DNA from: Nitrosopumilus sp.
GTDB lineage: Archaea; Thermoproteota; Nitrososphaeria; Nitrososphaerales; Nitrosopumilaceae
Length of the DNA stretch: 64,000 nt
Assembly (NCBI GenBank): GCA_965206745.1
Contig: OZ242220.1
Coordinates: 1,376,001 to 1,440,000 of the forward strand
Direction of reading: 5' to 3'
The position numbers and the translations under genes are program-made. Under the pieces are notes generated by a model. That model made no database searches. It was not told the DNA's origin and saw only the letters and a program-made list of their open reading frames with translations. Of the stretch, positions 39,802 to 50,310 are shown piece by piece; positions within the stretch are counted from its first letter, which is position 1; the number at the start of each line of letters is the position of its first letter.

Positions 39802-40491
39802 ATGGGAGATCCAAAATACCCACGTAAAGTATGGCGAAAACCAAAGAGACCACTCAATTATGAATTAAAGATGGATGAGCTGAAAACCCTCGGAACATTC
39901 GGATTAAGAACTAAAAGGGAACTATGGAAAGCACACACAGAATTATCACGTGTGAGACATCAGGCTAGATCATTGCTTGCATTAAGGCAAGAGGTTAGGG
40001 CCGAGAAAGAACCAATTTTGATGAAGTCTCTTGCAAGAATTGGATTGGTAAGTGCAGAGGCAACGCTAGATGACGTTCTTAACCTAGATGCAAATGATCT
40101 GCTTTCACGAAGACTGCAAACCATTGTCACAAAAAAATTAGGATTCAAAACACCATATCAAGCAAGACAGGCAGTCATTCACGGCCACATCATGATTGGT
40201 GAGAGAAAAGTCGACATTCCATCATACACAGTTACGATTAATGAAGAAAACAGCATTCATTTTGCACCAGAGTCAAAAATTCCAGAAATGTTGGAAAAAG
40301 CAAAAAAAGATAAACCTGTAGAGGCCCCAGTTGAGGAGGCTACAGATGCTCCTGTTGAGGGAACTGCAAAGGCTCCTGATAAAGAGACAGCAGATGCGCC
40401 TGTTGAGGGAACTGCAAAGGCTCCTGATAAAGAGACAGCAGATGCTCCCGCAACTGAGGCCACAAAGGATAAGAATTCTTCAACAGAATAA
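39802..40491 (+). CDS. rps4: 30S ribosomal protein S4 with a repetitive acidic tail
   Basis: MGDPK, RRLQT and ARQAVIHGHI motifs. Confidence 0.97.
   Translation: MGDPKYPRKVWRKPKRPLNYELKMDELKTLGTFGLRTKRELWKAHTELSRVRHQARSLLALRQEVRAEKEPILMKSLARIGLVSAEATLDDVLNLDANDLLSRRLQTIVTKKLGFKTPYQARQAVIHGHIMIGERKVDIPSYTVTINEENSIHFAPESKIPEMLEKAKKDKPVEAPVEEATDAPVEGTAKAPDKETADAPVEGTAKAPDKETADAPATEATKDKNSSTE
40343..40449. repeat. 48-bp tandem duplication in the rps4 tail
   Basis: Units 40343-40390 and 40391-40438 differ at one base, followed by a partial third unit. Encodes DAPVEGTAKAPDKETA. Confidence 0.92.
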
Positions 40492-40543
40492 TCGGAAAAA
40501 TAGACATACCAGTAAATAGCCCCAATTATCAAAATGAATCACA

Positions 40544-42304
40544 ATGTGTTCAATTATCGGATACAATGGAAAGAGATTTGCAGCACCCATCATTGTAAGG
40601 GGGCTAAAAAGGATGGAATACCGCGGATACGACAGTGTTGGCGTGGCAACTGAATCAGACAGCCAGATTGAATTAAAGAAGGGAATCGGAAAAGTTAACG
40701 AGGTCAATTCAAAAGTTCAGCTAGATGCACTTCCAGGAAAAACAGGCATCGGGCATACCAGATGGGCAACTCATGGAAAAGTCACAGATTCTAATGCGCA
40801 TCCACATCCAAGCAATTCAGGAAAAATTGCAATTGTGCATAATGGAATAATAGAGAACTTTGAGGAGCTAAAAAAACAACTGCAGGATGAAGGGTATGAT
40901 TTCAAGAGTGAAACAGATAGTGAAATTATTGCCAACCTGCTTCAAAAATACTATGAAAAAACAAACGATGTCAAAGAAACGATTCTGAAGACAGTTTCAG
41001 AAATCAAAGGGCATTATGCGTTTGTTGCAATGTTTGAGAATGGCCAATTAGCCGGCGCAAGATTCCATGAACCGCTAATAATAGGGGTAGGACAAGATGA
41101 CCTTTTTCTATCAAGTGATGTTTTAGGTTTCATTGAACATACCGATAATGCAATTTATTTGGAAAACGGAAATCTGGTAGTTCTGGATGAGGATAAATTT
41201 CAAATACTGGATTTCAAAGGAGAAGATGTAAAATACAGCATTACAAAAGTGTCTAAAGAATTCGGAGACGCATACAAAGGGGATTACGCACATTTCACAT
41301 TAAAAGAAATTTACGAGCAGCATGAAACAATACTAAAAGCAGGAGAGAAGACGCAGCAAGCCATAGAGGAAACTGCAGACCATATCAAGCATGCAAAAAA
41401 TATCTATGTCACAGGCAGTGGAACCAGCTATAATTCAGCGCTTATTGCAAAACAGATCTTTTCAAAATATGTCAAGATTAAAGCAGAGCCAATCATGTCA
41501 AGCGAACTGCCGTTTTCATCAGACAACATAGAGGAGAATTCGATCATAATCGCAATATCGCAGAGTGGCGAGAGTGCAGATGTTTTAGAGGCAGTGAATA
41601 TCGGAAAACAGGCAAATTGTAAAATCATCGCCATAGTAAATTTAATGACATCCTCGCTTGCCAGGCAGGCAGACATCGTGATTGGAATGAATTGTGGACC
41701 GGAAATAGGAGTAGCGGCTACAAAAAGCTTCACATCACAGCTGGTGGTGCTTTACAAAATCGTGCAAAAAATAAGCGATAATAAAATAACAATTAATTTT
41801 GAAAAGTTTGCAGAATCAGTTTTAAAAATATTGGAAAACCCGACCAAAATCCAAGAGATTGCAAAGGAGCTCAAACACATCTCAGATATCTACGTACTTG
41901 GAAGAGGAATCAACTATCCGATTGCATTGGAGGCATCTTTGAAATTAAAAGAGTTGACATACATTCATGCCGAAGGAATACCAGGCGGGGAATTAAAACA
42001 CGGGCCCCTTGCGCTGATGGATTCAAATGTGTTTGTGATAGTAATCAATCCAAATGATTCCACATATGCAGACACGTTAACCAGCGGAAGGGAGATCAAG
42101 GCTCGCGGAGCGAAGATCATCGGCGTCTCAGACATACAAAGTGATGTTTATGACCATTGGATAGAGATGCCAAAGATAGATCAGGTGCTGTATCCAATTT
42201 CAGAGATCATTCCAATTCAATTTTTGTCATATTATGCGGCCCTTGAGAAAGACACGGATCCGGACTATCCCAGAAATCTAGCAAAATCAGTTACAGTAAA
42301 GTAA
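40544..42304 (+). CDS. glmS: Glutamine--fructose-6-phosphate transaminase
   Basis: N-terminal Cys, EYRGYDS, GHTRWATHG and PRNLAKSVTV motifs. Confidence 0.97.
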   Translation: MCSIIGYNGKRFAAPIIVRGLKRMEYRGYDSVGVATESDSQIELKKGIGKVNEVNSKVQLDALPGKTGIGHTRWATHGKVTDSNAHPHPSNSGKIAIVHNGIIENFEELKKQLQDEGYDFKSETDSEIIANLLQKYYEKTNDVKETILKTVSEIKGHYAFVAMFENGQLAGARFHEPLIIGVGQDDLFLSSDVLGFIEHTDNAIYLENGNLVVLDEDKFQILDFKGEDVKYSITKVSKEFGDAYKGDYAHFTLKEIYEQHETILKAGEKTQQAIEETADHIKHAKNIYVTGSGTSYNSALIAKQIFSKYVKIKAEPIMSSELPFSSDNIEENSIIIAISQSGESADVLEAVNIGKQANCKIIAIVNLMTSSLARQADIVIGMNCGPEIGVAATKSFTSQLVVLYKIVQKISDNKITINFEKFAESVLKILENPTKIQEIAKELKHISDIYVLGRGINYPIALEASLKLKELTYIHAEGIPGGELKHGPLALMDSNVFVIVINPNDSTYADTLTSGREIKARGAKIIGVSDIQSDVYDHWIEMPKIDQVLYPISEIIPIQFLSYYAALEKDTDPDYPRNLAKSVTVK

Positions 42305-43361
42305 ATAATCTGCGATATTCTTTTTCTGCCATCTCTAGGAATTTTGCAGAACCATTCCCAGTTTTGATCATTGAGGAGATGATGCTAGCACCGGCACCCA
42401 CTCCTTCCTTTGCGAATCCTTTGGAAAATGCCCTCAGTCCAGGATATTTGGAATTTTCCAAGCCCGGATTGACAGCAATTGCGGGAATATCAGCAATCTT
42501 TTTTACAAGACTGGTGAAATTTGCACTCTTGTCACCAGTGATGTATGAGGTTGTTCCAATTGCGGTATTTTCTTCATTGAAACCAATTTTTGATGCAAAG
42601 GCCAATACTGCAGCCATCTGGGTTCCACCAGCCAACATTACATCAGATACGCCGGATGCAGAACTTAGCATTCCAGCTACAAATGGAATCATAGGATCAC
42701 CGACTTTTGCTACAATACTGTAAGGGTGATCAGAGTCTATCCTTTCAAGGGCGGATTTGACAATTTGATTCTTCAATTCAATAGGATTGTTTGGAATGCT
42801 GGAACTGACCTTGGCATCAAAACCTAATGCTTTCAGTACTGCCAGTGCAGTAGTTGTCCCGCCGGGGATACTCTCACCGATCACCAGACAGTCAGTTAGG
42901 GAGGCCATACTTCTGCCCACAATCCTTCCATAATCCACAGCGTGCGATACCTGCGCATCAGTCATTGCAGCACTAGTTGAGATGTCCTCTCCAAACGACA
43001 TGCCAGTCTCAACAAATGGAAGCTGTGGTGGGATTTTACTCCCGGCATTAACTGTCAAATGAGGGATACTGGCAGATTCCAATGCGGTTTTCGTCAGCAA
43101 TCCTGGGGTGGGTTTGCCATCAGGAGTCATTGGGATTTTATCGATTGTTTTGCAATATCCATAGTGAAGGTACTCTGCATCTGCAGGGGGGGTAAATTGA
43201 ATCGAGTCCTTATCTGCACCTGCAAATGTAATTCCTGGAACTTTGCAGGTTTCAGTGTAAGAGATTACAAGTGAGAAGAGAAATCTTTTGGACTTTATAT
43301 GTTCAAGAAAACTCTGCCCCTGTTCCACATTTCCAAATAGTTCAAAGTTCTCCATCGTCAT
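42291..43361 (-). CDS. cobT: Archaeal CobT nicotinate-nucleotide phosphoribosyltransferase
   Basis: GESIPGGTTTA, LAGGTQM and KEGVGAG motifs. Confidence 0.85.
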   Translation of the reverse strand: MTMENFELFGNVEQGQSFLEHIKSKRFLFSLVISYTETCKVPGITFAGADKDSIQFTPPADAEYLHYGYCKTIDKIPMTPDGKPTPGLLTKTALESASIPHLTVNAGSKIPPQLPFVETGMSFGEDISTSAAMTDAQVSHAVDYGRIVGRSMASLTDCLVIGESIPGGTTTALAVLKALGFDAKVSSSIPNNPIELKNQIVKSALERIDSDHPYSIVAKVGDPMIPFVAGMLSSASGVSDVMLAGGTQMAAVLAFASKIGFNEENTAIGTTSYITGDKSANFTSLVKKIADIPAIAVNPGLENSKYPGLRAFSKGFAKEGVGAGASIISSMIKTGNGSAKFLEMAEKEYRRLFTLL

Positions 43362-43363
43362 CC

Positions 43364-43972
43364 CTAACCCATCATATCAAGAAACTGTTGTTCAGTTCTT
43401 TTTTGCATTACGTGATTAGTAATTTTTTCTTGTCCAAGAGTAGAAGTTCCAGAGCCGCCATAATTATGGCCCGAATACATGACTAGATTTTCATCTAAAT
43501 TATACAGTACGTCAAACAAGCTGTGATAGAGATCTTTTGCACTGCCTCCAGGCAGATCAATGCGACCGCAATTTCCGACAAACAGTGTGTCGCCAGAAAA
43601 GATCTTTCCATCACCTACAAGACAAATACTGTCCTGAGAATGACCAGGAGTATGGAGCACCTTTAATCTTGAGTTTCCAAATTCGATGAGGTCCCCATCC
43701 TTTACTGTAATGTCGTGCTTTAATTCTGAAGATTCGTGTTGTATTATTGGGGCTTTGGTGGATTCTGCCATTGCCTCATTTCCCAAGGTATGATCAAAGT
43801 GATGGTGAGTATTTACAATGTACTTAATTTTCAGGTTGTTTTTTTTAATCACCGTTTCCAGCTCGATTAGATCCCAAGAGGGATCAATTATGATTGCCTC
43901 ACTAGTATCCTCATCTTCAACGATGTATGAAAAGTTCTGCATGCTTCCAACTTGGATTTGATGCGCCTTCAT
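43364..43972 (-). CDS. MBL-fold hydrolase (glyoxalase II-like)
   Basis: THHHFDH, HTPGH and GDTLF motifs. Confidence 0.9.
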   Translation of the reverse strand: MKAHQIQVGSMQNFSYIVEDEDTSEAIIIDPSWDLIELETVIKKNNLKIKYIVNTHHHFDHTLGNEAMAESTKAPIIQHESSELKHDITVKDGDLIEFGNSRLKVLHTPGHSQDSICLVGDGKIFSGDTLFVGNCGRIDLPGGSAKDLYHSLFDVLYNLDENLVMYSGHNYGGSGTSTLGQEKITNHVMQKRTEQQFLDMMG

Positions 43973-44616
43973 AGTATCCCCTCTTCGGCCTCTGGTGGAA
44001 TTCCAATCTTTTCGGCAAACAGTTCCCCAGTCAGATCCTTTCGTTTGGGAATTCCCTGTTTCATTTTGTGAAAAGTCACAGTCATATCACATTTTGAGCA
44101 AATGTTTGCAGTATCTCCAGTTTGAGGATCCAATCCCGAAGGCACATCCACTGCAAACTTGTAGCAGTTTGCCTCATTGATGTAGCTGATTGCAGATGCA
44201 TAAGGTTCCCGGATATCGCCAGATATTCCAGTTCCCAAGATTCCATCAACTATCACGTCTGGTTTGAAATCAAACTCAAAAGAGTCACCGGACATCAGTT
44301 TTACAGACGGCATTTTTTGTAAAATTGACCAATTCCAGTTGCTTTCTTCTGTTTTTATTTTCTCAGGACAGCCAAGAAGCATCACAGTGACTCGGGCGCC
44401 GTATCCTGCCAGATGCCTTGCCATTACCAGACCATCCCCGCCATTATTTCCCAATCCAACAAATATCAGAATATTTTTTGATTCCACATTACCTATTTTT
44501 TCAAGTAGGCGTCTGACTGCTGCAGAACCAGCATTTTCCATCATGAATTTTTTCAAAAATCCCATATCATGGCCTTTGTTTTCAATATTGTACATTTGAT
44601 CAACGGTAATTTCCAT
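43969..44616 (-). CDS. nnrE: NAD(P)H-hydrate epimerase
   Basis: MENAG, GNNGGDG, DGILGTG and DVPSG motifs. Start reset to ATG 44616. Confidence 0.92.
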   Translation of the reverse strand: MEITVDQMYNIENKGHDMGFLKKFMMENAGSAAVRRLLEKIGNVESKNILIFVGLGNNGGDGLVMARHLAGYGARVTVMLLGCPEKIKTEESNWNWSILQKMPSVKLMSGDSFEFDFKPDVIVDGILGTGISGDIREPYASAISYINEANCYKFAVDVPSGLDPQTGDTANICSKCDMTVTFHKMKQGIPKRKDLTGELFAEKIGIPPEAEEGIL

Positions 44617-44901
44617 ATCATTGATGAAATTATATCCAAAATAAGAGCTTTGAAAGTACAAATTATGGCTAAAATGGGCAGAAATGCCCACAGGAATTTA
44701 TCTTTTTTTCTGTATTGCCAGCATTTTTCTTGCTTTTTGTCCCAATACCCTTGTCATACCATACAGCATTACTGCTTTTTTGATCTAATTTTGTCAGACC
44801 AAAAAGAGGATACAGGCAGAGTCATGCAGCAAGGCGCATATTACGTACAGTTGGACTGGTTTGGCAAACGGCTTTATCCTAGTTTTAAAACATGAGTTAA
44901 C

Positions 44902-45516
44902 ATGACATTAAAAAATGTAAAACCATCACTGAACAAGATTGCAAAGGATTTAGGAACAGTTCAAGACGCCAGGGAGTTTCTGCTAACCAATACAAGGGAG
45001 ATAATAATTCAATGTAGCAAATCAATTATTGCAGTCCATAAAGGGGATTTGAGAACTGGAAAAAATAATCTAAAACATGCAGATGCACTATTAAAAAAAT
45101 ACAAGAAAAAGGCGACAGGGGGACTAAGAAGATACCTAATTACTCCAGAACAGGAATTTGTAGAAGCCGCATGTCTGATCGCAGTTGTTGAGAAAAAGGA
45201 GATCCCTTCAGATAAAAAACTGGCAGTGATGCCTGAATCATACGTTTTAGGATTATTGGATTGCGTGGGGGAACTGAAAAGACAGGTCTTTGATAAAATC
45301 CGAATCGGTGAAATCGACGAGGCAACAAGAATTTTTGAAATAATGGAAAACCTGTATCTTCAACTGTACACTTTTTCAATGTACGACAAGGTGGTAAAAG
45401 AGGCCAGAAGGAAGATCGATGTAAATAGGATACTCGTAGACGATGTCAGGGCTGTAATTACAGAAGAGAAGAGAAGGACCGAATTAATCAAGATTTTAAA
45501 GAATCTGGAGAGATAG
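44902..45516 (+). CDS. Translin-family protein
   Basis: QEFVEA, YVLGLLDCVGELKR and RRKID motifs. Confidence 0.85.
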   Translation: MTLKNVKPSLNKIAKDLGTVQDAREFLLTNTREIIIQCSKSIIAVHKGDLRTGKNNLKHADALLKKYKKKATGGLRRYLITPEQEFVEAACLIAVVEKKEIPSDKKLAVMPESYVLGLLDCVGELKRQVFDKIRIGEIDEATRIFEIMENLYLQLYTFSMYDKVVKEARRKIDVNRILVDDVRAVITEEKRRTELIKILKNLER

Positions 45517-45531
45517 CACAGAATAGAGAGG

Positions 45532-45616
45532 TGCGGATGATGGGATTTGAACCCACGAACTCCTAAGAGACTAGCCCCTCAAGCTAGCGCCTTTGGCCAG
45601 GCTGGGCGACATCCGC
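45532..45616 (-). tRNA. tRNA-Leu(GAG)
   Basis: Acceptor GCGGATG/CATCCGC, anticodon arm CTAGC-TTGAGGG-GCTAG, long variable arm and GTTCAAATC T loop. Confidence 0.96.
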
Positions 45617-45666
45617 AAAGGAATTTTCTTGCATGGTTTTTATAATCCTTGGTTACTTTTTTCTTC

Positions 45667-45903
45667 GTGTTAATTCCTGTCAGATGCTTAACTTGTGGAA
45701 AATTAATTGCCGATAAATTTGAAGATTACCAGAGCAAGATCAAGGCAGGCGAGGATCCTACAAAGACTCTCGATTCTTTAGGAATTGAGAGGTATTGTTG
45801 CAGAAGAATGCTTTTGACTACAGTTGAGACAATACAACAAGTGATTCCATTTTATGAAGCAATTCAGAGAAGAAAGCAAGAAGTTCAATCTGAGCTAGAA
45901 TAA
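45667..45903 (+). CDS. rpoN: RNA polymerase subunit N (Rpo10)
   Basis: IPVRCLTCGK and RYCCRRMLL motifs. GTG start at 45667. Confidence 0.96.
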   Translation: MLIPVRCLTCGKLIADKFEDYQSKIKAGEDPTKTLDSLGIERYCCRRMLLTTVETIQQVIPFYEAIQRRKQEVQSELE

Positions 45904-45904
45904 C

Positions 45905-47143
45905 TTGGCCAAAATATCCTCAATTGAAGGACGTATTTTATACAACAGCAGAGGCAGCAAAACAATCGAAGTCGACGTTCAATCAGATAACAGATTTTTA
46001 GGAAGAGTGTGTGCCCCGTCAGGTGCAAGTGTAGGAAAATACGAGGCAGTCAGTTTTCCAGATGGAGGTCCTGAGAAAAGCCTCAAAATACTAAGAGAGA
46101 ACTCTCAAAGATTTATCGGCTTGGAAACATCAGATCTCAAGGGAATTCACAGCGTTCTGAAGAGCTTGGATGACTCTGCAGACTATTCAGTCATTGGAGG
46201 GGCACTAGCTTTTGCAGTGACAATTGCATCCATGGAGTCAGCCTCAAAAGCATCAGGCCAGCCACTATTCAAGACGCTCTCATCAGAGTCATCATTCAAG
46301 TTTCCATTTCCGCTAGGAAACATTTTGGGAGGCGGGGCACATGCAGGACCAGGAACCCCGGACATTCAGGAGATACTGATTTGTGCAACAGGCTCAAAAA
46401 CCATAGAGGATGCAATTGGGACCAACCTAACAGTCCACAAAGAACTGCAAAGGGTTCTAGAAAAGGAGGATCCCAATTTCACAAACGGCAGGGGTGATGA
46501 GGGTGGCTGGGCACCAAGACTGGAAAACCAAAAGGCATTGGAGATTTCTGCAAAAGCATGTGAGAACCTAGGATTCACCTTGGGAAAGGAAGTGTCACTA
46601 GGGGTTGACTTTGCATCATCAACGCAATGGAATGAAGGAAAAGGCAAGTATGTTTATGACAGAGCAGACTTTGAGAATTCAACAGGGGAGCAGGTTGATT
46701 TTGCCGCAGACATTATTGAAAAGTTCAAGTTGATTTATGCAGAGGATGCAGTTCATGAAGAGGCATTTGAGGACATGTCAGAGCTGACAAAGAGGTTTCC
46801 CAACACGTTGGTTACAGGCGATGACTTGACTGTAACAAACAAAAATATCCTAAAAAAGGCAATTGAGGCAAAATCATGCAATGCGGCAATCTTAAAAGTA
46901 AATCAGGCAGGCAGCCTTTTTGACGCCCTAGAGTTTGCAGAGGAGGCAACTCAAAACAACATTAAACTGATCACATCGCACAGATCTGGTGAATCTACGG
47001 ATTCGCAGATATCCCACATTGGCCTTGCTACAGGGTCAAAAATGCTCAAAGTGGGCATTGTTGGGGGAGAAAGGGTGGCAAAACTCAACGAATTACTACG
47101 ACTATCAGAGCATGATTTAATATGCGGTATGGCAGAGATTTAA
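45905..47143 (+). CDS. eno: Enolase
   Basis: PSGAS, GDEGG, LKVNQ and SHRSGE motifs. Confidence 0.95.
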   Translation: MAKISSIEGRILYNSRGSKTIEVDVQSDNRFLGRVCAPSGASVGKYEAVSFPDGGPEKSLKILRENSQRFIGLETSDLKGIHSVLKSLDDSADYSVIGGALAFAVTIASMESASKASGQPLFKTLSSESSFKFPFPLGNILGGGAHAGPGTPDIQEILICATGSKTIEDAIGTNLTVHKELQRVLEKEDPNFTNGRGDEGGWAPRLENQKALEISAKACENLGFTLGKEVSLGVDFASSTQWNEGKGKYVYDRADFENSTGEQVDFAADIIEKFKLIYAEDAVHEEAFEDMSELTKRFPNTLVTGDDLTVTNKNILKKAIEAKSCNAAILKVNQAGSLFDALEFAEEATQNNIKLITSHRSGESTDSQISHIGLATGSKMLKVGIVGGERVAKLNELLRLSEHDLICGMAEI

Positions 47144-47150
47144 AATCGTC

Positions 47151-47774
47151 ATGAGTCAACAAGCCGAAGGAACCGACATAAAAAAGAAGGTTCTAGCTAC
47201 TGGGATCAGGGTAGGAACCCAGGTTAAGACCAAATTCATGAAGCCATTTATCACCAAGGCAAGTCCCGAGGGCCTGTACATGCTAGACTTGGACATTACG
47301 TTAGAAAAGATTCAAACGGCAGCCAAGTTCATCAACAGGCTGGGTACTGAAAACCTCATCGTCTGCTCAGGCAGACAGTATGCAGAGACACCGATTGAAA
47401 AATTCTGTGAGAATCTAGGAGCCAAAAAGTTGCTAAACAGATTCATGCCAGGAACCTTGACAAACCCTTCATTGCCATATTACATTGAACCAAAGTTAAT
47501 CTTGATCTCAGACCCACAAGTAGACGAGCAGGCAGTCATAGAGGCAACAAACGCCGGCATCCCAATTATTGGAATTGCAAATACGGACAACATCACATCC
47601 AATCTGGATGTAATTATCCCAGCAAACAACAGAGGAAGAAAGGCACTAGCTACTGTTTACTGGTTGTTGGTACGTCAGGTACTAATTGAGAGGGGTGAAT
47701 TAAAAGAGGACGAGCCGATGAAGGAGGAGATCGACGACTATGAGACAAAGATTACCGAAGAGGAAATCGAATAA
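47151..47774 (+). CDS. rps2: 30S ribosomal protein S2
   Basis: RFMPGTLTNP and IPANNRG motifs. Confidence 0.97.
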   Translation: MSQQAEGTDIKKKVLATGIRVGTQVKTKFMKPFITKASPEGLYMLDLDITLEKIQTAAKFINRLGTENLIVCSGRQYAETPIEKFCENLGAKKLLNRFMPGTLTNPSLPYYIEPKLILISDPQVDEQAVIEATNAGIPIIGIANTDNITSNLDVIIPANNRGRKALATVYWLLVRQVLIERGELKEDEPMKEEIDDYETKITEEEIE

Positions 47775-47792
47775 TTTAGAATTTGCGTTTAA

Positions 47793-48737
47793 TTGAAATC
47801 CAAAGCCTCTGCACCAGGAAAAGTAATTCTTTTTGGGGAACATTTTGTAGTGTATGGGGTAAAAGCGATACTCTGTGCAATTAACAAAAGAATCACGGTT
47901 ACTGCAGAAAGGGTGGAAGGGGGGGAAATATCCATCAAGTCAAGCATCGGGGATTTAAAATCAGAGCCTGGATTAATCTCAGAGATTGACTCGCCGCTAA
48001 AACCGTTTTATTACTTGGCAGACAAGATGCTAAAGAATGAGGATACGGGGATTGAGATTGTCGTTGAATCAGACATTCCGTTGGGCGTAGGCTTGGGTTC
48101 GTCATCGGCCTGCTGTGTTGCAGGGGCTGCTGCAATCTCAAGATTATTCAAAAAAACATCAAATGAGGAAGTGCTTGCACTGGCCATAGAGGCCGAAAGA
48201 ACAATCTTCAAAGACACCTCAGGGGCCGACTGCACGGTATCCACATATGGTGGAATTATGAAATATGACAAAGAGAGTGGATTTGACAAGATAGAGCATG
48301 AGCCTAGTTTTCATCTGGTAATTGCAAATTCAAAGATTGAGCATTCCACAGAATCAGTAGTAAGCCAAGTAAGACAATTTAAGGAAGATAACGAGAAACG
48401 ATTCTCCTCCCTATGCAAGATGGAGTCAGAGTTGGTTCAAAAAGTCCTGGAGTTATTCAAGAAGAATGACATCAAAGAGCTGGGAGCCAGAGTTAGGGAG
48501 AATCAAGAGTATCTAGAGACGATAGGAATTTCAAACGATAAACTAAGGGAGATGATCCAGATAGGCCAAACCGAGTCATTTGGTGCCAAAATTACGGGTG
48601 CTGGCAGTGGGGGATGCATCTATGCCCTTACAGACGAATCAAACCTCAAGCAGACAGTTGACGGATTCAAAGACAAGAACTATGATTGTTTTTCAGTAAA
48701 GATCGATTTTCAAGGTCTGACTGTTTGCACGGTTTAA
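47793..48737 (+). CDS. mvk: Mevalonate kinase
   Basis: APGKVILFGEHFVVYG, PLGVGLGSSSA and KITGAGSGG GHMP motifs. Confidence 0.95.
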   Translation: MKSKASAPGKVILFGEHFVVYGVKAILCAINKRITVTAERVEGGEISIKSSIGDLKSEPGLISEIDSPLKPFYYLADKMLKNEDTGIEIVVESDIPLGVGLGSSSACCVAGAAAISRLFKKTSNEEVLALAIEAERTIFKDTSGADCTVSTYGGIMKYDKESGFDKIEHEPSFHLVIANSKIEHSTESVVSQVRQFKEDNEKRFSSLCKMESELVQKVLELFKKNDIKELGARVRENQEYLETIGISNDKLREMIQIGQTESFGAKITGAGSGGCIYALTDESNLKQTVDGFKDKNYDCFSVKIDFQGLTVCTV

Positions 48738-48865
48738 AGTTCAGACAACATACATCAGCATACGGGCCCAGCCTTACACTTGCCAGTCAAAATATCCCCA
48801 ATTATGATTCAGACCAGAGATCTTGTAGTATTTTATCAGAACCAGAGAGTCAAGCAGACATGATT

Positions 48866-49213
48866 TTAAAAAATGCCAAACTTGCTAGACTCCATCTCTT
48901 CTTTGATTGCCAGTTTGAATCTGGGGGACTTGGCCTCAATATTTTTTGTTAGCCAAGTTAGAAATTTCTTGTCGCTGTCCTTTCCCTTCATATTATCAAA
49001 ATCAGCCCCCATCATGTCGGCCAGTTTTTCTACTAGTGCCCTATTTACGCTCAATACGAAAAAATGCCAGCCAAATGCAAATTCAGAGTCAGACATCACA
49101 AAGTCATCCTTCCCATGGACCATCTCCTCCAATAGGGACAATTGGTGAGTCAGTGCTTTGCTAGTTTTGTCGTAATCCACTGCTGAAACATTGATGTTGA
49201 TTCTGCCTTCCAT
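48866..49213 (-). CDS. Hypothetical protein
   Basis: ORF with normal composition, co-oriented downstream of the methyltransferase. Confidence 0.7.
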   Translation of the reverse strand: MEGRININVSAVDYDKTSKALTHQLSLLEEMVHGKDDFVMSDSEFAFGWHFFVLSVNRALVEKLADMMGADFDNMKGKDSDKKFLTWLTKNIEAKSPRFKLAIKEEMESSKFGIF

Positions 49214-49253
49214 GTCTTGTTTGGATAAAAACAAAATAAAAGGATTACACAGA

Positions 49254-50015
49254 TTATTCCTCTAATAGATGCTCAAAGTCGATGTCAAAATGCATCTTCA
49301 TAATGCTAATGTATGTCTGAATCGATTCGGGGACTTTTTTGCCACATGCCACACCTAGTTTTTTTGCATTAATCCAAATTACCAGGGTTTGGATAATCGT
49401 CAAAAACCGATCATTTTTAATTTCCGAGGTTCCAATTGATTTGGTATATCTTTCGGCAAACTCCCATGCCGTAACAAAGTCGACACATTTCACACCAAAA
49501 ATTGCCAGCAGCTGTTCTTGCATGTTTTGTGCTTTTTTGAATGGAACCTCATTCAGAATGTATGGAAAATCCACCTTCTCAGGAAGACGCTCCGGCAGAG
49601 GCCCCCAGATTGTAATTATTTTTGTACCTTCTCCAAGATTTTCAAACTTTTCCATCATTTTGTCAATGATGCTCTGATCAGTGAACCAGAATAAGATTAC
49701 TGATGCATCTGACAAGACCGAATCTCTGATGTCCTGGCAAATCAGATCTGCCTTGGAATTTTTTTCGGCAAGATTTTTTTTTGCCTGTGTTATTTTTTCA
49801 TGATTGCTATCTATTCCAACTGCTTTTCTGACTCTGAATTCATTGACTGCCAATTCAATGCCCCTCTCACTCCCACATCCTAAATGATAAAAAACATCGT
49901 CTTCTCCCAAATTCACAAATTTGAAAATCTCCCGAAATGATTTTTCAGGCAATTGAACATCCTCACCACTAAGCAAATTCGCAGGAAGTGTCTCCAAATA
50001 TTCTTCAATTTTCAT
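49254..50015 (-). CDS. Class I SAM-dependent methyltransferase-like protein
   Basis: VFYHLGCG motif I and AVGID motif. Confidence 0.75.
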   Translation of the reverse strand: MKIEEYLETLPANLLSGEDVQLPEKSFREIFKFVNLGEDDVFYHLGCGSERGIELAVNEFRVRKAVGIDSNHEKITQAKKNLAEKNSKADLICQDIRDSVLSDASVILFWFTDQSIIDKMMEKFENLGEGTKIITIWGPLPERLPEKVDFPYILNEVPFKKAQNMQEQLLAIFGVKCVDFVTAWEFAERYTKSIGTSEIKNDRFLTIIQTLVIWINAKKLGVACGKKVPESIQTYISIMKMHFDIDFEHLLEE

Positions 50016-50040
50016 TGTACTTTGTATGATAAACGAGAAT

Positions 50041-50310
50041 TTATTCTCTTATGCTTTCTAATTTTGAAACTGCTTGCCATAGTTGGGTTCTGACGTATGA
50101 GGGCATGTTAGGATCTTGTGTGACATCATCTAGCAGGCTGATGGTGTTTGCCGCCCTGACAGATAGCGAATATTCAGGATTCTTTAGATCAGTAACTAAA
50201 TCGGTGATTGATTTCTTGATTGTTTTTGGGGTTGAGTTGCTAGAAGCAATTTGCTCCAATGTCTCAATTGCCTCTTTCATGGATTCTTTGTTTTGCGCAT
50301 CGTCGGTCAT
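50041..50310 (-). CDS. UPF0147-family protein
   Basis: RAANTISLLDD..QDPNMPSYVRT.LW signature. Confidence 0.88.
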   Translation of the reverse strand: MTDDAQNKESMKEAIETLEQIASSNSTPKTIKKSITDLVTDLKNPEYSLSVRAANTISLLDDVTQDPNMPSYVRTQLWQAVSKLESIRE

